64,000 bases of DNA from contig OZ059896.1 of the NCBI GenBank assembly GCA_964057225.1, positions 16,306,001 through 16,370,000 on the forward strand, in the 5' to 3' direction. The position numbers were made by a program, and so were the translations under genes. This DNA is from Auanema rhodensis. Taxonomy: Eukaryota > Animalia > Nematoda. Shown piece after piece: positions 9,938 to 19,952 of this stretch (position 1 is its first letter; each line of letters opens with the position of its first letter). Below the pieces are notes generated by a model, which had not been told where the DNA came from, made no database searches, and saw only the letters and a program-made list of their open reading frames with translations.

Positions 9938-10078
9938 AGCTTTGCGCAGTGGCGATAACGTGACCAATGAGGCTTTGCCGAGGTGCGTTTATTGCTGGTT
10001 GAAAACTTTTCCCAATTACCCGCGATATTCCCTGAAACATGGGTGATATACGCAATTTTTGAATGCCTGATAAGGCTG
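9938..10078 (+). ncRNA. U4 snRNA (copy 12)
   Basis: Full copy. Confidence 0.95.
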
Positions 10079-10174
10079 ATTTGCATATTATGGAAGAATG
10101 TTCCACGTGAAAAGACGTCAATTTTCAAAATCAAACTAAAACGAACGGTTGCACTGCATACATATTCTGAAAAG

Positions 10175-10540
10175 CGTTCCATTATGCTCCTACGTATATT
10201 GAACAGACCATTGTAGTCTGCTCAACTACGCGTATAGTATTCCATAAGTGTAGCGGTATGGAAACAGAGCATAAGGATTACATAAGATAAGGAAATATAT
10301 AGGTTTATTATACACAATACAATATCATTACAATACATTAACACAAGGATAAAGTAAACTACATTTACAAGACAAAGACTAATATATAAGATTAACTAAG
10401 TTAGATGCAAACCGTCCATGGGCTTGCAAAGGGGCGAACTCCCGAATAGGGGCATGAGGGAAGGCGGTGCCATTCCTCATTCCTCTAGTCGGTCTGGCTC
10501 TAACCCTGCAGTTACATATATAGAGTCTCCGAATGGAACG
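10175..10540 (-). repeat. 3' LTR of the gag-env-pol element
   Basis: Direct repeat of 21883-22248; termini CGTTCCATT...AATGGAACG; preceded on - strand by polypurine GAAAAAGGG-CA. Confidence 0.96.
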
Positions 10541-11246
10541 TGCCCTTTTTCAAAGATTGTCGCGACCTCGCGATATTTTAAACAAAAATTTGGGCTTATA
10601 TGTAACTGAGTTTTAGAGTTCAATTGTTTTAGCTTCACAATAACTATAGTATGATAGAGTTTTAGTTAGTATACAAACAAAATTACAATAATTTATAAGA
10701 AGGGTTCAATATAATATGAAGGGACGATGAATTAGAATATTATTAATTTCATAAATTAATTATCTTAATATTCAAGCATTTCCTAATAGAGATTGTAGAA
10801 TAAAGGGGCTAGTAATGAATGGGAATATGTTATTATTTTGACTAATGGTCTCAAGAAGTACTCATTTCTAAATTGAACCGAGATTATGATTTAATAATGT
10901 GTCTCCATATGTCTCCCAGAGTGAATCCTTGATTACTAATGGAGACTACCACTTAAGATGAAATTGTGGTTGATACGCCTACCAGTGTTCATCTCATCTT
11001 ATTTGGAGAGGCACATGGAGCTCGGATGGTTGTCAAAATGTCCTCTAGTCCGCATAGGATTACGGTAACTTGGAACCATTAGTCATAACATCTCCTCGTT
11101 TAGAATTTGCCTTATTTTTCCTTTCTCAATCTCTATTAAATGCTATTTTTATTTTGAATGTTATTTAGCATTAATTTTTTTTTTTTTTTTTTTAATTCAT
11201 CGTTATTTTGTTACAATAATTTAAATAACGTAGCATTATCTTGTTG

Positions 11247-14200
11247 TTATTCTTCTTCATTCCTCGGAAGCCATATTTCGTCTTCATTTTCATCTTCTGG
11301 CTCTGTATCTATGCTATCCTTGTTGTTCCTGTTGATCACTTCTATTATTTCGATGTCGCTATCTTCTTCTGCTTGACTTTCTCGAAACCTTGCGCGAGTG
11401 TTGTAAGAGATGTTTTGTGAAGCAGGAGAGAAGATTTTCAAGTTATCTTTGTGGATATCTTGTAGTTTTCCTGATGAATTTCTGATTTGAACTTTTGATC
11501 CTTCTACGTTGATGACTTCGCATGGTCCATCATAGCTTTTCCGAAGCTTTTGGCCGATTTGGTGTGATTTTATAGTCGTCATCACCATGTCGCCCGGTTG
11601 AATGTCTCTATGGTGTGCTCTTTGCGTTCTATCTTTCTTCTTTTTCGCATTTTCTTGATTTTTAGCTATGCGGTTCTTTATTATTTCGTCTCTCTTGTCC
11701 ATATCTGGTCTTCTTTGGAGTAATTCTTCAGAAATTTCTTGAATTTTGGTGATCGTTTCTGGTAATTCAGCGTCCATTGACATTCTGCATTCTTTACCGA
11801 ATAATGCAATGTATGGCGCAATCCCTGTAGTCGCGTGCTGAATATTGTTAATAGCAAAAGTGATTTTTGGTAATACAGTATCCCAGTCACTAAGGTCCTC
11901 TTTTAAGTAGTGGGTTAATCCTTCTTCGAGGGTTCGGTGAAGTCTTTCCACTTGTCCATTTGAGTTCTTTTGGTGTGGTAGTGTTGGTTCATGTTTGATT
12001 CCAAGTTTAGTACACATTTCTTCGAACTTTTTAGATACAAAGTTTGAACCTCTATCGGTGATCAAGCGATGGGGTGGTCCAAAAATGTAAACGAAATGTC
12101 TTAGAAATCGATCAATTGTGATTTCCGTTGTTATTTGTGGTACAGCAATTGTTGTTGACCATTTTGTAAATGCGTCTTGCATGGTAATGACGTAGGTACA
12201 GTTTCTTTTTGAAGGGGGAAATGGTCCCATTACGTCCATGTGGACTCGTTCAAATGGCTTGCTTGGTATCTCAAAATGACCTATTGGTTGTACCGTCATG
12301 GAATGTGGATCTTTTTTTCTTTGAGCACATTTAATGCAGTTCTTGATGAATATAGTAATGTCGTTCTGCATATTTGTCCAATAGAATCTTCTTAGAATTG
12401 CTTCTTTTGTTTTAATAATTCCTTGATGTGCTGCAATTGTAGGATCCTCATGAAAAACTTTGATTATTTCCTCAATTATGGGGTGTTCTTGTGGTATTAC
12501 GATAGCGGGTTGTGGCTTTTTGTCTGTTGGTTTTGTATAGAGCAAGTCATTTATGACACAATATCTGTCATTAGCTGTCATGTTCTTTTGTGCTCTATAT
12601 TCAATCTCCGCTATCGTCCGTTTAATCCAAGGGGTGCTTAGTTGAATTTCCTTTATTGTTGGTGTATTTATGGCGTTAATGTGAATTTCTTCCATTTTCT
12701 TCTTCTTTGTTTCCGGCTTAGCATCGTTAGCTTCTTCACCTATATATCGAGATAGAGCATCGCATACTTTATTTAATTGGCCTGCGCGATATTTTATTTC
12801 AATATCATATTCTTGGATGACCAGCTGGAACTTCGCAAGACGACCAAATAAGTCTCTGCGTGTCATTAAGCTGGTAAGAGGTCGATGGTCCGTAATACAT
12901 ATAGTATGAGTTCCAAGAATGTATGTACGGAATTGATTTAATGCATATACAAGGCCTAATGCTTCTATCTCGATTGGTGCGTAGTTACGTTCGGCTTTAA
13001 CTAGTTTTCTGCTTGCAAATGCGATAGGGTGTAGATTTTTCAGAGGTTGTTTTGGATCTTCCGGTTGTAATAATACAGCACCTATGGCGATGTTACTACC
13101 GTCGCTTTCAACTATAAACAAGCGGTCCGATTTAGGTGGGCTTAAAACGGGTGCCTGTATTAAACTTCTTTTAAGGAGGTCTAAAGCTTCTTGATGTTTG
13201 TTTTCCCATTTGAATTCAGTATCTGCCTTTGTCAGATCGTATAAAGGGCTTGCGATACGTGCAAAATCTTTCATGAATTTGCGAAAGAATCCAACCATTC
13301 CCAAGAATGCTCGTACACCTGTTGCATTCTTTGGTGCCGGATAATCTTGTATGGCGGCGACTTTTTGAGGGTCAGGTTTTATACCTTGACGTCCTACAAT
13401 AAGTCCTAGAAATTTCACTTCTGGTTGAGCAAAAGCGCATTTCTTAAGCTTTATCTTCATTCCCAATTCTTCTACTGCTTGCAGTAAATCATCGATATCT
13501 TTGAGATGTTGTTCTCTTGTATCAGATATAACTAATAGATCGTCCAAATAAACAAATAGTTTACAAGAACATTTACTTTGCAAATACCTTACTGCTGTTT
13601 GAAAGGTATGAGGGGCTCCACAAAGGCCCATCGGCATCCGTTTGTACTGGTATGTGCCGGATGTGGTCGTAAATGCTGTTAGTGGTCGATCTGATTTTCT
13701 CAAGGATATTTGAAAAAATCCTGACACTAAATCGAAGTTTGAGAAAAATTGGGCGCCTGCTGCCAAATCAACTATGTCAGAAATGCTTGGAATGACATAA
13801 GTTTGCTTGCGTGTGACATTATTTAAAGCTCGAAAATCTGTCACAAACCTATACGTGTCATCTTTCTTCTTAACTAGTACTACAGGGCTATTAAATAGAG
13901 ATGTAGAAGGCTCTATTATGCCTTGCTCAAGCATTTCTTTGACTTGTTTTTCAATTTCTTCCTGTTTTCCTAAGGGAATACGTGTTATTCTCGGCTTTGG
14001 CATATCCATATCTGTTCTCAATGGTATGGTATGCTCTATAGGACCTTTAAATAAGCCTATTTTCCTGTCCTCGTTAAGAAATGCCTCACGATGGCTTTCA
14101 ATTATTTTTGTAAGCTCATGTTTTTCTTCTTTCGTGAGATCAGCATTCTCTAGATCAAGATCTTTTATGAAGTCTCTTGGAAAATATGGTAGTTTACTCT

Positions 14201-17200
14201 CCCAATCGGCCTCTGGCGGAACATATGGTAGAATTGGCTTATGCTTAAAGGGTTCACAAGCCGGAATTTCTCCAATTATTGCCTGTCCGATGACTGAATT
14301 AGCTTCCATAGCTATTGTTTCATCGGTATTGTTACGGAACATAACATATACTCCACTGGTATCACGAAACGCAGTTGGATATAATGATTTTAATGCGCTT
14401 CCACTATCCCCTAAGACAACCACTTCGTTAGATTCTAGTGGTTTATCTGTCTTTATTGGGATAGGTGCCTCTTCATCAGGCTTTAATGTTTTTGTTCTTA
14501 AATTAATGATATTCACAGTTATCTCCGTATGCTTAATAGATTCGTTTCCTATTAATGGGATGGCATTGTTTCCAATCTCCAACCTCTTCTTGGATGGTTT
14601 AAGGCTGACGTCGATGTTTTCGCTGTCAAGCGCTTTCATGAAATCTAGTCCAATTAAAGCGGGAGCAGGACAGTCATGATCGTTTGAGACCAAAAAGGTG
14701 TGTTCGATCTCGTAACCGGCAATTTCAATTACAAGATTTATCTTTCCATAAAATGTGAAAGTGGACTTGTTGGCTGCCATCGCTACTAAATGTCTCTTCT
14801 TGACATTTTCGGCCATGTTCAGATATTTGAGGGTGGAGAGCCTAACATATGACACTGATGAGCCTGAATCCCATAAAGCTAAAATCAGTTTATCTTCAAC
14901 TGATATATATATTAATGGTAACTTTGTTTCCGCTGATACAATAGAAGCAACAAATGGTATTGCGATTGGAATAAATGTTACTAAAGCAGGATAGTATTGC
15001 TTCATGATGTTATCTGGCATCTGTTGGTCTGGGCGGCTTACAAGTTCCAATGTTTCTTCATAGCTTGGGGGCTCATTATCTATTTCGTGGACATGCATTA
15101 CGGTTAGTGGAGTGGCTCTGAAGAACCAAAATTTAGCAACAACGAAAAGAATTATTAATACTGCGGCAATCGTAACCATTGATCCTATGAAGATGAGTGT
15201 TCTCTCAATTGATCCTATTAGAAATTGCTTTACGCTAGTCCAGGCGGAAGTTGTGAACTCAGCTGCTTTAGAGATATAGTCACTGCCCTTTTTCAAAAGA
15301 TTAAAGGCGGACGTAATTTTTGGATCGTTGTGAATAGTATGTAAAACATGGTTCTGTCGTATGGATGCTAAACTTGCTCCATATGCAATAGCTGTTGACA
15401 TTGAGTAAACTCTCAATGATAAATTGGTGTATAAGTTAGCGCCTGTGAACTTTAAAGGTGTTAATTGGTGGTATTGCGCTTTATCAAAGAGTGATATTGG
15501 TTTTACTTCAACCGATCCATTTATATTTATCCATTCTCCATTTTGATAGTATACATCTGTGGGTACATGTTCGCAATCTATCTCTTTTCCATGTGTTAAT
15601 AAGTCTCTTGATCCTGGAGCAGCAAAATATAATCTCTCATCTTCTGTTATTACTGGTGTTTCCAAATAGCATGTATCATTGATCTTATGATTATGATAAA
15701 CAGCTTTAGGTTGAAGAGGTAGGCATATATGAACATGAACTATATCGCTGCCTACGAAACGGGCTGCAATATCCTCTCTTCCTAAAATAGTCCTCATTGC
15801 TATTGTAGGTTCTATGTGTAAAATAGAACGCCATAGCTCGAGGTATCTATTTTGAATCTCACATATGGATTCATAAGATTCCATGAAATGTTTCTGTAGC
15901 TCTTCTTGTATGAGTGTTGTTGTATATTGTAGATGATCTTGAGCTATTCTGCGAGATACGTTGAGGTTGAATTGTATTTCGTTGTTCACTTTTGACGCTG
16001 TATACGTTGCCTGAGCCTGAATTTCTCTGGTTTCTACGGGTGGAGATGATGTTCTTTGTTTCCTTAAGATTCGTGACGCCGTGTCAGTGACTGTTGCTAA
16101 TGTTGTTGGCGAGAGAGTCGTAGTTATCGCGGCTGTTGTCGTCTCAACTGTGGTTGTCGTCGGAATCCGAGTCGTATGGCTTTTAGTTGTCTCCTGAACT
16201 AGTGAAGCGGGTTTGTCCGTTGTTGTCGTTAATGACAGTCTTCTAGTCAGATAAGGCGGTGTTTCAATATCCTCTAACAGTGGTAAAAATGTTTTTATAA
16301 GTAGCTGGCGTGTATCTGCGCTTGGGTTTTGAATGCGAGGGTGGGGCCCTATCGATATACCGTAGTTAGAATCTTTATCTCGATATAATTTGTTGGTATC
16401 TGGCACATTGATTGTTAATTGTCGGAACTTTTCATCATCTACGGCTGCTGCTGTTTTATTTGGCCTTATTACTCGCAATGTCATCAAGTTATGGTATAAG
16501 TAAAGAGTGTTTCTAAGTACTATACGCTCATCAGCATTGTCAGTTGTTAGAGTTGGTCGGATCGGCGGCATGTTCACAAAGGATTTTAAAACCTCTTGCC
16601 TTGATGGTACCGACAGATTGTTTTCAAATATTACCGGTGTATAAGCTAACTCCATCGCTATGCTTTCGGCTCTTTCACGGTAGGATCCGTCTTTTTCTAG
16701 CAGTTTTTCGTCAAATTCGTGTGCTGTTAATCTGTCACCTATCTGTTCTAATAATTGTTGTGAGGTTAAATACCGTATAGCGCCGCGAGTGGTTGCTGCC
16801 AGTTCCTTTTGCGCAAGAAAATAAAGTATTGCTTCCTCAGGGTCGTGTATTTCGTATGTTTGAAGGAAACGTTGTATGGATTTATCAGATACGGGACTTC
16901 TTAAGAAGAAATAAAACTTCTCGGGATGTGCTGAAACCCAGTCAATAATTGAATATGAAGGGTTGACAGCTCGTCTGGCCTTTATAAGCGGTATTATCTG
17001 ATAAATACCAGGATTACTCATCACCGGTCGTAAGAAAGGATAAGGACAAATATTTAATATTAAAGTTTCAAAATCTTCCTGTTTTTGTATCCACTCCTTG
17101 TTTAATTCAACCGTGCATTCCGCAATTGCTCTTTTATCTCTTTTCGCCGGAAGTTTCTTATATTCTCTCTCTATTAAAACATGGATATTGGTGTCATTTG

Positions 17201-19952
17201 GGTACTGTGGTAAGAGAATGTAATTGCCAGTTGTGGTGTGGAAGATTGGCTGTTTAAAACAAGAAGATATTTGCTTCGGTATCTCTTTTTGATCGATTAC
17301 AAGGGCTGATTGAGTGGTTGGTAACAGAATAATGCCGTCTCCAATTATCACATCATATTCACTCATGTCGATATAGTTGCATCGATATTCATAAGGCTGT
17401 TTCTCCCATATGATGATTGAGGTATCTGATGCACATTCTCCATGATGCGCTAAGCATCCTTCAGTATTTAGTATTAAATTGGAGATTATAGTTTCATCTG
17501 GCATCCGTGTCATAACCCCTCTTTCGATAACCAATCTGGCTTTCTCTTCACATAGCTCATTATTAAAAGATCGGCCTGGCGAGAAGGAAGGCTCGTCAGT
17601 TGCATATGTTATGCTGTCGATCTTCTTTAATTCACTCCAATTCCATCTTCTATCTCTCACTGCCAGTCTGCATTCTGCAGCTGGTATCTTTTCAATTCTC
17701 GCTATCGTTGTATTGGTATCTCTAAGGAACAAAAGGTCTCTGATACACATTTTATGAATTTCTTTGGAGCATCTCCATGCATCCCATTCATGTGCCGTTT
17801 GATTCCTTGTATAAAGATGAACTTTTGTTCGTAAGATATGCTTTATTGGTGGTAATAAGCATTTTCGGAGAGATGGGGGACGGAGAAGGGCTCCTCCAGT
17901 AGCTTTAGTACATAGCTGGTATGCTTCAGCTGTTGTAACCAGTGATAAGATTACTGATAAAGCTACGGCTAAAGTCAAAGGAGATATCAGAGTCAAATTA
18001 TTGACTCTTGAGCCTCTACCTCTGCCTCTATTGTTGTTATTTCCCCTAAAGGTACTGTTATTTCTCTGTCTATTATTGCTCATTTCTTGATTTTGTGATG
18101 CATTATGGCTTCTTTGATACCCATTTTGATTTTGATTCTGATAATTTCGACCGCGGTCACCAAAATTGCGGTTCCTAGCAAATGGGTTTTGGAAATTCCA
18201 GCCTTTTTGATTTTTTGAAAATTTATGATAATTTTGATTGTTTTGAAAGTTTGGATGATAATTGTTATAATTATTATAATTTTGATAATTTTTATTATTA
18301 AAAGATTGATAACCTCTTGCCATACCTCTCCCACCATTGTTTCTGCGCGGGGGGAAAGTTCTTTCAATTGCGTTAACCAATAGCGCCTGAGGGTCTGCTA
18401 CTTGGTTTGCAATTGATTCCTCCCAGCGAGCACTATCAACAGCCTCAGCAAAAGTTTTGGGTTTTGCTCGAATTACCCCTGGGCGTATCGTATTTTTCAA
18501 GCCTCTCAAAAATGTGGACCTCAGAATGTGATCTTTATGAGTATCACTATTAGAGAAAGCATTTAAGCTGAGGTTTCTTAACGTTTGTGCAAAACCATCA
18601 ATTGATAAATCGCCTTGAGTGCTGTTTTGAAGTGTGATAAGGGCAGGGTCTTGATTGTATTCGGGACACAGCTTGGATGTTAACTCTTCTATTAGGGTAA
18701 CCCAAGGTCCAGCAGTTCTGACCTTGTCAGGTAGCTCTAAATAAGCTTCCTCTGCTCTATCATTTTTCAATAGTAATGGTAAAATAGTTAGTCTTTCGGG
18801 CATCACTAAGCCTAAGGCGTTAGAAAAGGTATTAAACTTTGCCACGAAATCTCTAAAGTTACGACTTCCGTCGTATATGGGGCAATAAGGTGAGCTTAAT
18901 GCGTGCGCAATGGTAGATTTACCAGCTCCCGGAAGACGTGGTGTCTCCGTCATGGTTGGTATATCCTCAGGGTATGTGCGAGATGACGTAATCCCTTTAC
19001 TGCCTGAGCTTCTCGCCGTTAAATTCTTACCTCCCTTTTTCGAGTTACCAGATGTTGGATAACTAATGGTAGGGGCGGCTGAGGAGAACCGCTTCCCTGG
19101 GAGTTTGATAATTCGACTCGTTGCCTGAGGCGTCGAATGTATTGATACGCTTGAGCTGGGTATAGCGCTATCTGACTTATTAAGGGTTGGGTTGGAGGAT
19201 ACGTGAAGAGAGTTATCAACTTGTTCTGTTGTTACCTCCCCTGGAGACAAATTCAAAACTTTTATTAAGCGAGCTGTTAAAGATTTCTTACTTTTGAACT
19301 TATCAGTAGTTAGTGATAAGGGCAAAACTTCGGTAATTTCCTGATTTGGTTCTACGGGATTATTAGAGGTTGAGCGCCTACGCGGTGTATTAGTTTTTCT
19401 TTTATTAATTTTTTTAGAATCAAGCTTTTTCGAATCAAGCTTATCAGTGATAACTGATAAGGGTGATTTGCGAATAGTGAGAGATGAGGTTTTATTAAGT
19501 TGTGAGTTTTCTATCGGAGTGGAAAATGCCTGCGGTGTTAGAGTTAGTTCAAAAGAAGATGCAAGATCGTTATCAGTATTAACTGATAAAGTTGATAAGT
19601 TTAGGTGGGGAGTGGCTGGTGAAGTATTAGAGGTTATTTGTTTTGGTTTTTGAATTTTTTGAATCTTTTTATTACTTTTAAAAGAGTGTACCTTTGGAGT
19701 TGAAGCTGAAGTTTGAATATTGTAGTCCTGAATATAGAAATCAGGGTCCTCCTCGGTGTTGTCCGGAGGTGAATACGTGCCTTCTCGAGGAATGAAGGTT
19801 TTCTCGACTTTGGGTTTTACCTCTTGTTCAGGCTCTTCAATCTGAACACTGAGGAGTCGAGTGCGGCTTCTGGTTCGACTGGCGACTGCGATGTCGTCAC
19901 TGGACTCAGAAGGGTATAGAGCAGGGACGGCCGAAGAGTATCTTCGTGCCAC
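11247..19952 (-). CDS. Gag-Env-Pol polyprotein (2901 aa from GTG; first ATG at 18953)
   Basis: Capsid motifs (PIYDGS...QGDLSIDGFAQTL...FLRGL); hydrophobic signal ~17922-17997; Cys-rich gB-like ectodomain; TM ~15120-15200; protease LWDSGS (~14862-14870); RT MPMGL and YLDD (~13539-13550); RNase H (ESDGS, EIEALG, TDHRPL); integrase HHCC plus DVMGP/TDRGS/VERLHR; GPY/F-like GPCEV. Confidence 0.96.
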   Translation of the reverse strand: MARRYSSAVPALYPSESSDDIAVASRTRSRTRLLSVQIEEPEQEVKPKVEKTFIPREGTYSPPDNTEEDPDFYIQDYNIQTSASTPKVHSFKSNKKIQKIQKPKQITSNTSPATPHLNLSTLSVNTDNDLASSFELTLTPQAFSTPIENSQLNKTSSLTIRKSPLSVITDKLDSKKLDSKKINKRKTNTPRRRSTSNNPVEPNQEITEVLPLSLTTDKFKSKKSLTARLIKVLNLSPGEVTTEQVDNSLHVSSNPTLNKSDSAIPSSSVSIHSTPQATSRIIKLPGKRFSSAAPTISYPTSGNSKKGGKNLTARSSGSKGITSSRTYPEDIPTMTETPRLPGAGKSTIAHALSSPYCPIYDGSRNFRDFVAKFNTFSNALGLVMPERLTILPLLLKNDRAEEAYLELPDKVRTAGPWVTLIEELTSKLCPEYNQDPALITLQNSTQGDLSIDGFAQTLRNLSLNAFSNSDTHKDHILRSTFLRGLKNTIRPGVIRAKPKTFAEAVDSARWEESIANQVADPQALLVNAIERTFPPRRNNGGRGMARGYQSFNNKNYQNYNNYNNYHPNFQNNQNYHKFSKNQKGWNFQNPFARNRNFGDRGRNYQNQNQNGYQRSHNASQNQEMSNNRQRNNSTFRGNNNNRGRGRGSRVNNLTLISPLTLAVALSVILSLVTTAEAYQLCTKATGGALLRPPSLRKCLLPPIKHILRTKVHLYTRNQTAHEWDAWRCSKEIHKMCIRDLLFLRDTNTTIARIEKIPAAECRLAVRDRRWNWSELKKIDSITYATDEPSFSPGRSFNNELCEEKARLVIERGVMTRMPDETIISNLILNTEGCLAHHGECASDTSIIIWEKQPYEYRCNYIDMSEYDVIIGDGIILLPTTQSALVIDQKEIPKQISSCFKQPIFHTTTGNYILLPQYPNDTNIHVLIEREYKKLPAKRDKRAIAECTVELNKEWIQKQEDFETLILNICPYPFLRPVMSNPGIYQIIPLIKARRAVNPSYSIIDWVSAHPEKFYFFLRSPVSDKSIQRFLQTYEIHDPEEAILYFLAQKELAATTRGAIRYLTSQQLLEQIGDRLTAHEFDEKLLEKDGSYRERAESIAMELAYTPVIFENNLSVPSRQEVLKSFVNMPPIRPTLTTDNADERIVLRNTLYLYHNLMTLRVIRPNKTAAAVDDEKFRQLTINVPDTNKLYRDKDSNYGISIGPHPRIQNPSADTRQLLIKTFLPLLEDIETPPYLTRRLSLTTTTDKPASLVQETTKSHTTRIPTTTTVETTTAAITTTLSPTTLATVTDTASRILRKQRTSSPPVETREIQAQATYTASKVNNEIQFNLNVSRRIAQDHLQYTTTLIQEELQKHFMESYESICEIQNRYLELWRSILHIEPTIAMRTILGREDIAARFVGSDIVHVHICLPLQPKAVYHNHKINDTCYLETPVITEDERLYFAAPGSRDLLTHGKEIDCEHVPTDVYYQNGEWININGSVEVKPISLFDKAQYHQLTPLKFTGANLYTNLSLRVYSMSTAIAYGASLASIRQNHVLHTIHNDPKITSAFNLLKKGSDYISKAAEFTTSAWTSVKQFLIGSIERTLIFIGSMVTIAAVLIILFVVAKFWFFRATPLTVMHVHEIDNEPPSYEETLELVSRPDQQMPDNIMKQYYPALVTFIPIAIPFVASIVSAETKLPLIYISVEDKLILALWDSGSSVSYVRLSTLKYLNMAENVKKRHLVAMAANKSTFTFYGKINLVIEIAGYEIEHTFLVSNDHDCPAPALIGLDFMKALDSENIDVSLKPSKKRLEIGNNAIPLIGNESIKHTEITVNIINLRTKTLKPDEEAPIPIKTDKPLESNEVVVLGDSGSALKSLYPTAFRDTSGVYVMFRNNTDETIAMEANSVIGQAIIGEIPACEPFKHKPILPYVPPEADWESKLPYFPRDFIKDLDLENADLTKEEKHELTKIIESHREAFLNEDRKIGLFKGPIEHTIPLRTDMDMPKPRITRIPLGKQEEIEKQVKEMLEQGIIEPSTSLFNSPVVLVKKKDDTYRFVTDFRALNNVTRKQTYVIPSISDIVDLAAGAQFFSNFDLVSGFFQISLRKSDRPLTAFTTTSGTYQYKRMPMGLCGAPHTFQTAVRYLQSKCSCKLFVYLDDLLVISDTREQHLKDIDDLLQAVEELGMKIKLKKCAFAQPEVKFLGLIVGRQGIKPDPQKVAAIQDYPAPKNATGVRAFLGMVGFFRKFMKDFARIASPLYDLTKADTEFKWENKHQEALDLLKRSLIQAPVLSPPKSDRLFIVESDGSNIAIGAVLLQPEDPKQPLKNLHPIAFASRKLVKAERNYAPIEIEALGLVYALNQFRTYILGTHTICITDHRPLTSLMTRRDLFGRLAKFQLVIQEYDIEIKYRAGQLNKVCDALSRYIGEEANDAKPETKKKKMEEIHINAINTPTIKEIQLSTPWIKRTIAEIEYRAQKNMTANDRYCVINDLLYTKPTDKKPQPAIVIPQEHPIIEEIIKVFHEDPTIAAHQGIIKTKEAILRRFYWTNMQNDITIFIKNCIKCAQRKKDPHSMTVQPIGHFEIPSKPFERVHMDVMGPFPPSKRNCTYVITMQDAFTKWSTTIAVPQITTEITIDRFLRHFVYIFGPPHRLITDRGSNFVSKKFEEMCTKLGIKHEPTLPHQKNSNGQVERLHRTLEEGLTHYLKEDLSDWDTVLPKITFAINNIQHATTGIAPYIALFGKECRMSMDAELPETITKIQEISEELLQRRPDMDKRDEIIKNRIAKNQENAKKKKDRTQRAHHRDIQPGDMVMTTIKSHQIGQKLRKSYDGPCEVINVEGSKVQIRNSSGKLQDIHKDNLKIFSPASQNISYNTRARFRESQAEEDSDIEIIEVINRNNKDSIDTEPEDENEDEIWLPRNEEE

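Noticed and set aside
10410-10500. GC-rich hairpin region in the large LTR as a possible self-cleaving ribozyme
   Set aside because: A stem-loop is plausible, but I could not build hammerhead (CUGANGA/GAAA) or HDV-like cores on either strand
13807-14679. 290-aa + strand ORF antisense to pol
   Set aside because: TTG start, shadow of the coding frame, no recognisable motifs or expression signals
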